Below, piece by piece: positions 25,371 through 38,389 of a DNA stretch of 64,000 nt. The notes beneath the pieces were generated by a model. It was not told the origin of the DNA. It made no database searches and worked only from the letters and a program-made list of their open reading frames with translations. The position numbers were made by a program, and so were the translations under genes. Source of the stretch: Camelus dromedarius (taxonomy: Eukaryota); assembly GCF_036321535.1 (NCBI RefSeq), contig NC_087437.1, positions 36,644,001 through 36,708,000 of the forward strand, given 5' to 3'. Each line of letters opens with the position of its first letter. The stretch's first letter is position 1.

Positions 25371-26136
25371 ACAAATCAGGTGGCTTAGGAAATATAGTCT
25401 GCAAATCCTCCTAAAATGTTTACATTGATTTCTAATCAAGGAAGAAACCCTCATTTTAAAACTTTTGTAAATATGGTCACACATATAGAACAATGTAAAA
25501 ATCCTCTCATGACACCAATATTCTCTTAGAACTTTTTGAAAGTTATTATGTAATGGAAAAAACTAGGATGAAATTATATTTAAAAAGCATATTAAAAAGC
25601 TCCAATGGACAATTTTACTACTTTATGTTTACTTTTGAATTAATCTTGGTTTGATGAAAGTTTGTCTTATATGGTATTCAGGAATGCATCCCTTACATAA
25701 AACATGTGTTTCTTATATTTTATTTGATCTGATTCTTTCCCTGTACATTTACATCTAGTCAAAGTGTGAAACTTCAGTTTCCATATCCTGATATTTTTTA
25801 TAGGAGTCCATTAGACTTTAAGTATAAGATGAAGTTAATCTTTGGCATAGCAATTTCTTTGTGTGTCATCATATCCCACTAGTATCTTCTGGAACATAGG
25901 AGCAGAAAGTTCTTTGAAATATAATTCCTTTATTATTATACTACCTGAATTTTATAATATGGTGCATTGAAAATTATAGAAGAAAAATACAAAATTTAGA
26001 ACAAACATGATACATTTAATAGAAAATTCACTAATGATCAATATTAGAGATTTTCCCATTCCCCTTTTTGAGAGCTTCATCAACTACCTTCATAAATCTT
26101 TTCTGTTGTGTTCCATAGCAATGTTCTCTTATACTA

Positions 26137-28830
26137 GTTTTTTAACAGTTTGAGGTATACATAATATATAATAAACTGAGCATATTTAAAGCATATAATT
26201 TGATAATTTTTGACATGTATACACCTGTAAAAGCATTTTGAAACCGTTTGCAAGATGATAAACACACCAATATTTGAAGTTTCTTCTACTGCCTTGCCAC
26301 AGTCCTTTCCTCTCTACCCTCCAAGTCTCCTGCCCCATTCAGTCCCCAGGGAACCACTGATCTGTTTCTTTCTATCTATAAATTGGTTGCATTTTCTAGA
26401 ATTACATAAATATAATAATAAAGTACATATATATATATATATATATATTTGATCTGGCATATTTCACTCAACATTATTCTGAACGTAATCTATGTTGTTG
26501 CATGTATCAATAGTTGATTCCTTTTTATTGCATACTATATTCCATTGTTTAAATAATAGCACAGGTTATTACCTATTTATTTGTTAATGGGTATTTGGAT
26601 TGTTTCTAGTTGTTGGCTATTACAATTAAAATGTCAAGCATTAGTGTACATGACTTTGCATTATTCCTTTATTTCCTTTTGGTAAAAACCTAAGAGTGGA
26701 ATGAGAAAATCAAAAGGAAACTATATAATTAACTTTTTAAGAAATTACAAACTGTTTTTCAAAATGATTGAAACATTTTACATTCACCAGCATTGTATGA
26801 GAATTCTAGTTCCTCCATATAATCGCTACCACTCTTCATGGTCAGATTTTTAAATTTTAGGTATTCTACTATATGTGCAGTGGTATATCTTTTAGGTTAG
26901 CAAATATTCATATTCTTTTTTTGCCATTTGTGTATCATCTTTGATGAAGTGTTTGTATAAACCTTTTCTCAATTTTTAGATTTTTTTTCCTGTTGCAAAA
27001 TAAAAGTATCTATATATTTGAATGCAAATTTTTACCAGATATTTGATTTACAAAATTTGTCTTAATGGCCTGCATCTTGTGTTTTAATTTTCTTAGTAGT
27101 ATCTTTCAAGGAACATAAATTCTATTTTCTTTTTACTGTATTGTTTCACTGCCTCATGAACTTTATTAATCAATTCCCTTTTTATTTACATTTTTCTTTC
27201 ATTTTTACAGAGATATAATTGATATATAGCATTGTATAAGTTTAAGGTGTACAGAATAATGATTTGACTTACATACATCATGAAATGGTTGTCATAATAA
27301 AGTTAGTGAACATCATTATCTCATATAAATAAAAATTTAAAGAAATAGAAAAAAACTTCCTTCTGATTAGAACACTTAAGATTTACTCTCTTAATAACTT
27401 TCATATATAACATACAATTATGTATGTGTTAAGTGTATTTATCATGTTATATATTATATACCTAATACTTATTTATCTTATAACGGGAATTTTGTACCTT
27501 TTGACTACCTTCATCCAGTTCCTCCACTGTCCATCCCTGGCTTCCAGTAACCACAGATCTGATCTCTGCTATGAGTTTGTTTGCTTTTGAAGTATGGTGG
27601 AACTACAACACTATATTAATTTCTCTTATACAATGTAGCAATTTGATATTTTATGTATTTCAAAATGATCACTGATATGTCACCATTCAAAGATACTACA
27701 TAGTTATTGATGATATTCCCCACACTATACATTTAATATATGTGACTCATTTAGTTTGCAACTAAAAGTTTGTACTTCATAATCTCTTTCACCTATTTCT
27801 TTTCTTCCCCCACCAGCCTCCCTTCTGACAACCATCTGTTTGTCTTCTGTATTTATATCTATTTCTGCTTTGTTATATTTGTTCATTTGCTTTAATATCT
27901 TAGAGATTTTGTGAGAATCAGAGAATTAATATTGCATCTTCCAACCAATAAACCTTGTATATATCTTTATTTATTTAAATATTTGTCCATTTTTCTCAGA
28001 AGTACTTGGCAGTAACAGTGTGTAGCTCTTACACATATTTGTCTGCTTACGGAGTATTCCAAATTTTTGATCATACTGTTTTTTTTAAGCCCAGATTGTT
28101 TGTTACTAGTGTTTAGAAATACAATTGGTTTTCTACATGAGTCTAGTATCCTTCAGCCTTACTAATGCACTTATTAGTTCTGGCAGAATTTTTGCACATT
28201 CCATGGGATTTTCTATGTATACCATCATATCTTCTACAAATATAGATGATTTTATCTCTCCCTTTCCAGTCTGGATTGCTTTTATTGATTTATTTTTTAT
28301 TGCATTGACTAAAATATTCAGTAAAATGTTTGGTGGACATGGTTAACAGTGGACATTCTTACTGTGTTCCTGAGTTTAGAGAGAAAGCATTTTACTAGAT
28401 CTGGACTTTTCATAGATGCCCATTATCAAGCACAGGAAATTCCCTCTGTTTCTTGTTGACTGCATAGGTACTTTTAACTTTCAGTAAAGAATGTTGGCTA
28501 ATGTCAGATATATTTCTTCTTCCACTGAGATGGTTACATGCTTTATTTTTCCGTCTTTTAATATGAAGAATTACATTGATTGATTTGTCAGGCAAATGCA
28601 AAATTATAATCCCTAGATAAAACCCACTTGTTAATGATGTTTTTATCCCCTTGTATATAATTGGATTAAAAATCCAAGTAAATTTTGCAAAGAATATTTG
28701 CAACTATGTTCATGGGAAATACTGGTCTGTAGGTCCTTGTCTTGTTATGGTTTATCTGGGTTTGGTATCAGAGTAATGTTGCTACATAAAATGTGTTAGA
28801 CACCATTTTGTCCTCTTCTGCATTATTTCT
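26137..28830 (-). mobile_element. L1MC/MD-type element (3' UTR and ORF2), interrupted at about 27190-27890
   Basis: GGGTATTTGGATTGTTTCTAGTT, CCAGCATTGTATGAGAATTC, GAGAGAAAGCATTT and GGTATCAGAGTAATG antisense L1 motifs. Confidence 0.85.
27190..27892 (-). mobile_element. Laurasiatherian L1MA9-derived 3' end (bipartite 3' UTR)
   Basis: GAGATATAATTGATATATAGCATTGTATAAGTTTAAGGTGTACAG terminus, with a second terminus-like block TTTTGAAGTAT at about 27586. Confidence 0.85.
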
Positions 28831-29859
28831 AAATTTCATTTATTTATTTAATTAATTCACAGCATAGTTATAAGTAACTTTATGAAAAGAATGAAGCATA
28901 ACTTAGCAATCATTTTGTATTGCCTTTTAAGTTAATTCTAATATAAATGATTTTTTAAATATATGTTCAGTTTTAGTTTGTCATTGAGTACATGGTCAAA
29001 TTAGGTCAAAGTTACAGTATGCTTATTAATCTGTAATTGTTAAATATGAGTCTATATAATATATAATATGTATTAACTAATTTGGGATGTGTTCTACGAA
29101 TATTATTAGCTCATGCTAGTGTTCAGATCTTCTGAAGATCTGATCTAAGAATAAGAGATATATAGTCATAATTTGCACTACTAGTGAATTTGACAATTTT
29201 GCTTTTAATTTCAATTTCTTTTGTATTAGCCTTTTTTTCTTTGAGCTGTATTGAAAAATGTACCAAGCATATTTTTAAATAACTTTTGTTCTGTATCAAA
29301 TGAAATGATTTTTATTTCATTTTACTTAGCATTTGTACATATTTTTATCAGGAAACTTTTCAGGTAATCTAAAATATAATATTTCATTTTCTTAATTTGT
29401 ATATACTTTAACATGTTCTAGGAAATTGTCCGATATTAGGTGTTTGAATTTTCTTTTTACTTGAAAACCCTTCTTTATTTATAATGCACAGTTTAGTGGA
29501 TAAGTTTTTTTTTTATGTTTTCCATTTCTATAATTCTTATCTGTCTTTTAATGTCAAAACTGCTACCTGATTCTGATATCATTAAAATATTAATTTCATA
29601 TTATGTTTATAATATGAATTTTTATCTAGAATAGTCTCAACTGTCCACCTTGTAAGCATATTTAACACGTTTGTACACAAAAAATTAAACATACAAACTA
29701 TATTTTGTTTTCACAAGTAAAGTAATTTCTTGCACCATATTAACTCTACAATGTCACAAAGTCTCATTTTAAGTACTGAAATACCTAAGAGACTCTGCAT
29801 CTTTGATAAATGTGAATTGGGAAGTTTAGAAAAGGAAAATTGCCAATTCCAGTAGTGGA

Positions 29860-29905
29860 TGTTATGAGCTGAAGTGTGCCCTTCCCCCCAAATTCACAAT
29901 GTTGT
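29860..29905 (+). mobile_element. MLT1A/B LTR 5' stub
   Basis: TGTTATGAGCTGAAGTGTGCCCTTCCCCCAAATTCAC...GTTG matches the MLT1A/B start. Confidence 0.6.
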
Positions 29906-30089
29906 GGATTTTCCAAGCATAGAAGTAGAATTCAGTTAAAAGTATAAAAGGATCAACATAAATAAATAATTTTAATAATACTCTTAATGATTCCCCATAG
30001 GACTAAGTCTGGAAAGAGTGATAAATGAAAATATTAGGCAGAAACAACAGAAAGTTAAGAAAAACAATGGGTAAAAAGCTTAGTTAAGT

Positions 30090-30570
30090 GAAGGTTTTTT
30101 GGAATCAGGGTACAATGACTTGAGAACAACTTGAAATTTAGAAGGTTTTAATAATGAGTTGAATGCTGGAAATAGAGTTGATGAAGGAGATGACGTTTTA
30201 GAAAATGATAAGAACTAATGAATGATCGTAGGAGTGACTAGGCTTGAGATTAATGGTTGAATAGTGAGATCAGTGGTTTGGAAGAGAGAAGGTCATGGAA
30301 CTGAGGTGACTGAAAGTTACTGAAAGCACTATCTTTGTGGGTATTGAAAGCCTCAAGCCTTCAAGGAGTTATGGGCGATAACTGAGAAATCAATCGATAT
30401 CTACAATAAGAAGAGGCTGGTGGTTGTATAGTCTCATGAGACCCAGGTCGAAGTGTTTTAGGATATTTGGGTGGAAAATGATCTGGAAAGGTAAGAGGAT
30501 AAAAGAGGACACCTCCCATAAGTACCAATTGTAGAAGAGAGCTGTGGACCGGAATAATGACTTTTAAATC
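30090..30570 (-). mobile_element. L2 LINE internal fragment
   Basis: Purine-rich antisense L2-like sequence (GGTCATGGAACTGAGG, GTGGGTATTGAAAG). Confidence 0.55.
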
Positions 30571-31943
30571 TGATAGGTTAAATAGCAACAAAGTATCCTT
30601 ATTTTACAGTTACTTACATATGTATTTAAAAACAATTTAATAGGCATAAATTGTATCATTCTGTATGGTTTAGAAAATGCCACAATACAAGGACTTAAAA
30701 TGAATGACTTTTGCATTCTGGTATGGTTTTGGGTTTAGCAAACATTCTCCCAGTTGATGATGAGACATGTATAAGATTAAAAACTAGTTTTTTCTTTGAA
30801 TTCTATATTTTAACATGAAGTCAAATAGAAATCTTAAAAGCAAAAGGTCTAATATGTGATGTTCTTAAAGTAACTTTAAAATATTAAGAAATATATTTTG
30901 AAACTTTCCTCAAGGGTTTATGCTAATATAATAATACTGTAACCATTATTAAAAAATTTCCAGGGTGGTTTTTGTTTCCCAAATATTTCTGGGAATTGTA
31001 TTCTAATTATATTTTAAAAGTTTATAAAGACATAGTTGATATTCCAGAGAAGATGATTGTTGACAGATCAATGGTCTTAGAGTGATGAGCTATAGTTTTA
31101 TACAGATGTAAATAATCTTCTTAGTTGATATTGACTACAATTCAAGCAGTGCTTGTTCTAGTTATGAACTGTTGTTTTTAAAAACAATCTCTAAGAGAGA
31201 GAGAAAAAAAATTACAGCAATTGCTCCAAGACACTAAGCTATTGATTTCTGGTGCTTAAATTGTCACAGAACTTTTAACAGAAAGTCACTCCTGAAATAT
31301 CTCTCTGGTTAATATGTGTCACAGGCAGATACTTTCATCCAAGTTCTGACTTCGCATTTGAAAGAGAATTAACTCCTGGCGCCCTGAGGTGGGGAACACT
31401 GAAGAGCTCATTTTACCATCGATGATGAGGTAACAAGCAATTCGTTTCACTTTTGTTTTCAAACCATTTTTCTCTCTGAGACCAATCGAATCTGGTTGTT
31501 TTCTGGGTGTCTTTCACAGTGCAGTGATATATTACATCATAACATTTGTTTTAGTGACTATATTGATTTTCTTAGGAACTAGTGGAGCTGGGTGTCAATA
31601 CCCTTGAAGAGGTGACACATTTCAAAAGTAAGAGACAGAAAGAGTTAGAGGAAGAAAATAAAGCATGCATTATGAAGGAACAATGCTATCTTCAGCCATC
31701 AAATTGTAGAAGGGTTTACAACAAAGCAATGATCATCAAATGATTTTGTTCCAAACAGAAATCATTCCTTAAAAGTTTCTGATACATAGAATTTGCTCAT
31801 AAAAAGTTATTTAATTGAATTAACAAGGTAAACACTATTCTGCAACACAGTTTAAAAAAACTACAAGCATCACATTAAAAAATAGAGACTTCAGGTAACT
31901 TGGGACTAGTAATGCTTTTTGGACTAATGGAATTATTTTCATT

Positions 31944-31977
31944 TCTCTCTCTCTCTCCCTCCCCCTCTCTCTCTCAA

Positions 31978-32008
<31 letters not shown>

Positions 32009-32024
32009 ATATATATATGTATAT
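31944..32024. repeat. (TC)n(TA)n compound microsatellite
   Basis: Directly visible. Confidence 0.95.
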
Positions 32025-33295
32025 GAACTTTAGCAAGTAAGTGAGCACAGAATTTTGGTCCACAAACTAAGGAGTACTGGGTATCACCTCAGTGTAAATT
32101 CAACACAGCGCAATTTTCAACTCAAACGTAAATCCCACGGAGACATTGAAAGAAAATCAATACCATCTGTAACAGTAAGAAAAGTAAGAGAGCTTTTCCA
32201 AATGTGAGTTGTTCTAAGAGTAACAATACTCTCTAGCATTTTACACTAGAATTCAATGTGGAGAGTTAACATTCACCTGCATACATAGCTGTTATAAATT
32301 AGGAAATCATCTAAACTCCAGACAAGAAAAGAAGTACACCTCAGTTATAAGTAAACTGCAAAAAAATTATTAGAGTATTTTTATCTTCTGGACTAAATTG
32401 CAAATTTAGAGTCTTTATTGGACCCAAAATATAAGTAGTATCATCCCTTGAAAGACACAGCATGTAGCATTTATTGCTTTGTTTCAAAAATGGTTGTTGG
32501 AAGACGTTTTGCCATGGGTTTCTTATATTTGGTTAGGGTGTGTCTATCTCTAATGAGTCTGCTCGTAAGGTATACCCATACAGGCCCTGAGGTAGAGGGC
32601 TCTGATCTCTAATCTTTTCTTCCTCAGCGTGGTGAGATTGCAGCAATGCTATGATCTTTCTTCCATAGGGTTTTGCTTGGTTTCTTAAGACCAAACTCTA
32701 TATAACTTACATATATATATATATATTAATATATATTTTATTATGTAATTAATATATACATATGTTAAGGGGGATAATTGTCAGACTGAGTTTCGACCTC
32801 TTTCTTCTTACCAGGATTTTGGCCCACATCCTGCAGCTTTGTACTCTAGCTCCCAAAGAATACCTGTATCTTTTCTAATTTCCCTAAACCTAGGGAGGCC
32901 CTTTGCTTAGAAAAAGTTTAGATTCAAGGTCACATATCTTAGGCCCAGAATGACAAGTACCCCTGTGAGGAAACAGTTACTTCAGAATATCATTTCAGCC
33001 CTCTGCCATAATCCCCTCACCAGAAATGTGCCCCTTCCTTACAAGTGGCTTTGATATTTCTCTGATGTCTTCAAACAAATTTTCTTAATACAGCTTTTCT
33101 ATTTTTTCTGGAGGATCCACAAGTTACTCCATTCTGTCCTATAGTAGAGATCATACCAAATTTGTTTCTAAAATAAAAATATATACACAAACATCTAGAA
33201 AGTTTGGTAACAGATGCAAATATCTTGATGGCTTTGTAATGTTTTGTTTTACTAGAAACTGGCACACACTGTCTGTTCCCTTTGACTGCAGACAG

Positions 33296-33403
33296 AGGGT
33301 GATGGACTGGCCCTATTTGCGTGGGATTTGTGAAGTTCTCAGGATGCTTTCAGTGCCACAAGCCTGAAATGTCCTTGGCAAACTGGGATGAATTGGTTAA
33401 CCT
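33296..33403. mobile_element. MER94-like (hAT-Blackjack) MITE
   Basis: AGGGTGA start and GGCAAACTGGGATGAATTGGTTAACCT end match the recalled MER94 inverted termini. Confidence 0.75.
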
Positions 33404-33704
33404 AAAGTAAAAGTCTACCAACATACTGAGTTTTATTGTGGGAAAATTTGCAGGACTTCAAATATGGTGGTTTATTGTTTCTACTTTATTCCAATGTCAT
33501 GTGCCAGAGCAACAAAATTATATTCCAAGACTTATAACTGCTATGAAAGATTACATTCAAGCTCATGAAAGATTCATCCTTTTTTCTTGCTTCTTTCTAT
33601 GGAGAACATTACAAGTACTGTTTTGGAATAAATCTGTATCTACTTTTTTTTACCTTTGTTTTACCATCATATACTATTAATTTCATAATCATTTATGCTC
33701 TTCC

Positions 33705-33906
33705 GCAGAGTGTAGCAAGACTGTAAGTTTTTAACCCAGCACTTTCTCTGATTAGTTATGAGACTTTGGATAAATTACAAAATCTCTCAGTTTATTCCTA
33801 ACACATGAGTTATATCTGTAATTATATATATTAAATGAGGTAATATCTACAAAGCAGTTAAAATAATGCCTATCATATGATAACTACTGTACAAATATCT
33901 ATTATA
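33705..33906 (+). mobile_element. MIR SINE
   Basis: GAGACTTTGGATAAATTAC...TCTCTCAGTTT core and ATTAAATGAGGTAATATCTACAAAGCAGTTA tail. Confidence 0.75.
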
Positions 33907-35738
33907 TAAATAAAGAACAAACAAAATATTTTATTTTGAATTTTGAAAACTCATTTCCCACCAAAAATTGCAAGCAAATTTATTTCTATTGTCTGTATGA
34001 ACTTAAAATATTTGTTTTTTTATGTGAGGTTTTATATGGCCATAGCTTATAACAAGTTTTAGTTTTCACAAAGTTACAACACTTTCACAAAGTGTTTCAC
34101 AAAATACGTTTGTATTAAACTAGTATTGCCCAGGTTATTCAGGGAATCACACAGGGATCATTCAAAATTCCACTTGAATGTGTATCTATTTATATGCTTC
34201 TTGAGGGCACCATCATTCATGCTCATGAGTTTTACTACTATATTTATGCTGACATCTTCTAAATCTACTTTTCAGTATCTGCTGACCCAGTGCTGACTCT
34301 CCCTTTGCAACATTGTCTTTATGACATTTGAGTGTGGAATAGATGTCACCTGCAGTAACTCTTCTAATAAGAGCATCCAGAATTGCAGCTTGCAGGCATT
34401 TTCTGGTACACTGACCTCATGCTTTCTATGACAATGGTTTGTCATAGCAATATGAATTTTTGGCTTGCTATCATTTTACTTAGCTCTAGAGATATTTTTG
34501 AAATAAATATATTTCTTATTTCTTGATGCAACATTTATAGTTAAGGTTTATGATGAATAGTTCAGTCTTTATTGGTCTATTAAAATTTATATGGCCCCAG
34601 AATTATCATATAATTAACTTTTTAAAGTTCTGTTTTCAGTTTCATAAAAACATCAGTTTTTGAAAGCAATTATACTTTAATGAATACTTAAAAATACATG
34701 CAACATGCAATCACTGACTGCTTCTGCTTTTTTGACCATTTACTTGGTTATTCTTAAGGAAAAATCAAATACATAAATAAGTAGCAATTAAAATTAATGT
34801 CTGACACTTGTTCATCTCTTCTCCACACAAGTTAATTGTTAAACTCAGAAAAAAAAGTTTTCTCCAAAAAATTCAACTGTTCTATTCTATCAAGGAAATC
34901 CATTCAAATCATCTATTCTCTGAAGTAATACTGTGAAAGTCTGCTAACATCATGTTTCATTTTTACATGCTCTTTTTTTCCTAATGGGATTCAGATTGTG
35001 TCTATACATTATTCCTGTATGTTAAGGTGCTTCATTAATGTTAATAACCAATAATTTGAATTTTAAAAATCATTTCAAATAAAACTAGCACCATGGGTTC
35101 AGAGGTTGTGCAAGAAAATGCATTTCTGCCAGTGATTATTAATCTGTTGCAAAAAAAAAAAACAAAAAACAAATAACAACAAAATAAATACTGCTGTCCA
35201 GTTCAGAAATCATGGTGATGCAAAGACTTCTACAAAGAAAAGAGTATTTTGCTAACAGATGTGCTGGTATTAAACTGTCAAAAATAAACATTTTCAACAA
35301 TGAACATTAATTTAACATTTCAAATAAAAGTATCACCAATTTTTATACAAATTTGCAATTATCAAACTCTAGACTGAGATGACAGCTAGAAAATTTGAAC
35401 ACAAACATGGAAGTTTTTATTTACCTATTATCAGTATTATCACAAAATTTATAATATACTGACTTGAAGGAACTTGCCTACTTAGGACTGTGCTGACACA
35501 TAAATTTACATATAGTATCAGAAATGTAGTTTTTGTAAATAGGAAAGGAAAATGTTAATGCCCTTAAAAATTAGGAAAAAAATTAGTGTATACTTAGGCA
35601 TCCCATTTTATTTTCTCAGTATCTTTTACTTTATTGGTGCTGTTGCATTAATACAACTCTGAATAATTTGGATTTTTCAGTTAATAAATTCATTAAATAA
35701 CAGAAGAAATAAAGTCATGTCCACAGGTCCTATTTTTA

Positions 35739-35752
35739 CCAGCAGGTGGCTA
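35739..35752 (+). promoter_or_regulatory. Candidate CTCF motif
   Basis: CCAGCAGGTGGCTA matches the core CCASYAGRKGGC exactly and lies in non-repeat sequence. Motif match only. Confidence 0.4.
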
Positions 35753-37529
35753 TTCTGATGTTCTCAACTTCTAAGAATTGATACAAGTTGAAATGCCAAA
35801 TCAAAATAATACCAGATGTAGATATGTGTTCTCTACTTCATGCCAACATTAATATACATATTTACTTCCATCTAAGTTACTTTTATAAATCTTCTTGAAA
35901 GCATTGGAAAGCTAATACAATTATAGGTACTTTTCAAATAGAGATATACTTTATAAATAATTTTCTGTCTGTACTAAATTTGTTTAACAATTGAAAAAGA
36001 CAGGCTACAGTTTCCATGCTTGTTTCTACAGAAAACTTCAGAAAAGAGTTTTCATATAACTCAGTCAGAAAAACTAAAACCTAGACATGGATGAGCCATT
36101 GAATTATTCAAATGTATTCTTCTGAAAGATAATATTTTAAAAATACTAACATGTTAACATAAAATTTCAGTCATTTTTCCATGAGTTATTAACATGACTC
36201 AGTTTGAAAAATCTGTGGACTATTTGCTATAAATATACCTTCACAGAAACTAGAGAAAGAACTAGAGAGAGCTTACTGAGTTTCAATAAAAGGTTAGCAA
36301 CAAGGGCCAAAAATAAACTTATTTTATTTTTTATCCCTATTGTGTCAAAGATAAGTAATACTCTCTTGAGAATAAAAAGCTAATTAGATAATTATTACTA
36401 AGGCATTAATAATGTTAATATTTTACTTATTCTTGGTTGAGATTTGTGTTGTTTTTTTTTTTTTAAGAAATAGGTGGACTTTAAAGCTATCTATTTCTGA
36501 AGGTTATGGGAAGTTGCTTTAAACTTAGACATGAATAATCCTACAAATACCATTCCATCATGACATGTAGGACTTCATTTTTTACCATCTGTTTTTAAAG
36601 TTTTCATTACATATGTATTTATTCTAATTATTTTTCCTTGCTGAATCTCAATATAGAATATTTTTAAAAAATAGTTTCCATTTAAAATAGCAATTTTTAA
36701 GTTCTTTTTAATTCTTTTTTAAAATTCTTAAGCAGTAAAACAAATTTTTCTTCTTATATATTTTGGAAAGATGTTTTAATCTTTAAAAAATATTAGACCA
36801 AAATCATTTCATAAGTAATTGATTTAAAACCCACTGATTTAATTAATGCAATTTAAAGTCTTACAGATTTATTCTAAAGAGTAAAAGTTAATTCAAGTTG
36901 AATTACTGAATTATGAATTCAAATATTCATAATTGTGCATGTAAGTATGCATATAGAACTGAGGCAGCTTACTTACAATGCTAAAACTTTTGAGTCATCA
37001 AAAACAATGTATTCTGTATTGTGTACATATTTTTTCATAAATCCCAAAGAGATGTTTGATATTTCCTTTTTAAATTCTTATTTAATGAATATTTTATCTA
37101 AGCAAATGCAGAATTTTGTATGTTTTTAAATTCATGACTAGAAGAAACAATATTACATAAAATATACTTATCTGAAATTATAATTACTACTTTCCATGTA
37201 TATTTTTCCAACAGTGTTCTGCATTGGAACCTTAAGGGAACAAATGTCTGTATCGATCTATCTAGCATCTACCTATCAATCTGTCTCTTTATCTAGCCGT
37301 ATTGTATAGTTTCCCCACTTTTCATTTATTTCTTATATTTCATTTTTAGATCCTACTTTCTGTTGTGTTTGGATTTGACTTTTTTGAGGTAATGCTTTTA
37401 TCGTTGATTTTCACCTTTTTTATTTTTTTAAACTTAAATATTTTCTTTATGAAGTATAATAGATCTACAATAATTTCCAATGTAATTATACTGTTCTGAG
37501 AAAATACCCTTTAGAAAATAGATTAGGAA

Positions 37530-38375
37530 TGATGCAGCATAGGAAAGGAGTTGAATGCAGGAGGTAAGAAAAGCTATAGTTCTGGAAGAGGGAAAGAAAG
37601 TGCCACACCCCTGAGACACAGACCCATGAAAATACTGAGATGTGATCAGTTGAATATACATTTCTTCCTCCTCACATCTTACCACCATACCAACAAGCCT
37701 TCATTGTAACAGTGGATTACAACTAAAAGAGTTGCAAGACAGACCCTCTGTGACAAAGTAGTACATAGGAAAGATCCAAAGTCAAAAAAACAAAAAACAA
37801 AGGCACAAGCAGAATTTGATGCCATGACACATATACCTATAGAAAATACTAAACACATCTCAATTCCTAGTCAAGTTAACGTAAATGCTTTCACTAAAAG
37901 TCTATTTATCTCAGTCCCTACTACCCAATATGATATGTTGGTCTTCTAATAAAAAGTTTTTAAAGCATGAAAATAGGCAAGAAAAAAATTCACTGTGAAG
38001 AGTCAAAATAATTATCAGAGCCTGACTGAGATATGAGGCAGATGTTGGAATTATTAGAAAGGGAAGTTAAAATAACTATGATTAATATGTTAAGGCTATA
38101 AAGGAAAAAAAATAAACAACATGCAAGAACAGAGTGTAAAGTAACTATAGATACGGAAATGCTCAGGAAAAAACTTGAAAGGAAGTGCTAGCAATAAAAA
38201 ATGCTGTAATCGAAATGAAGAATTCCTTTGAAGGGCTGATCACTAGACTATACACAACAAAGGAAAAAATCAGTGAAGTTGAATAAATATCAATAGAAAT
38301 CTCAAAAACTGAAATGCAGAGAGGGGAAAAAAGAAAATAAAACAATCAGTACATAACATTCAATAACTGTGGGAT
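37530..38375 (+). mobile_element. Old L1 5'/ORF1 fragment
   Basis: CAGATGTTGGAATTATTAGAAAGGGAAGTTAAAATAACTATGATTAATATGTTAAGG and GAAATGAAGAATTCCTTTGAAGGGCTGATCACTAGACT are ORF1 motifs. Confidence 0.8.
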
Positions 38376-38389
38376 ATTATTTTTTAAGA

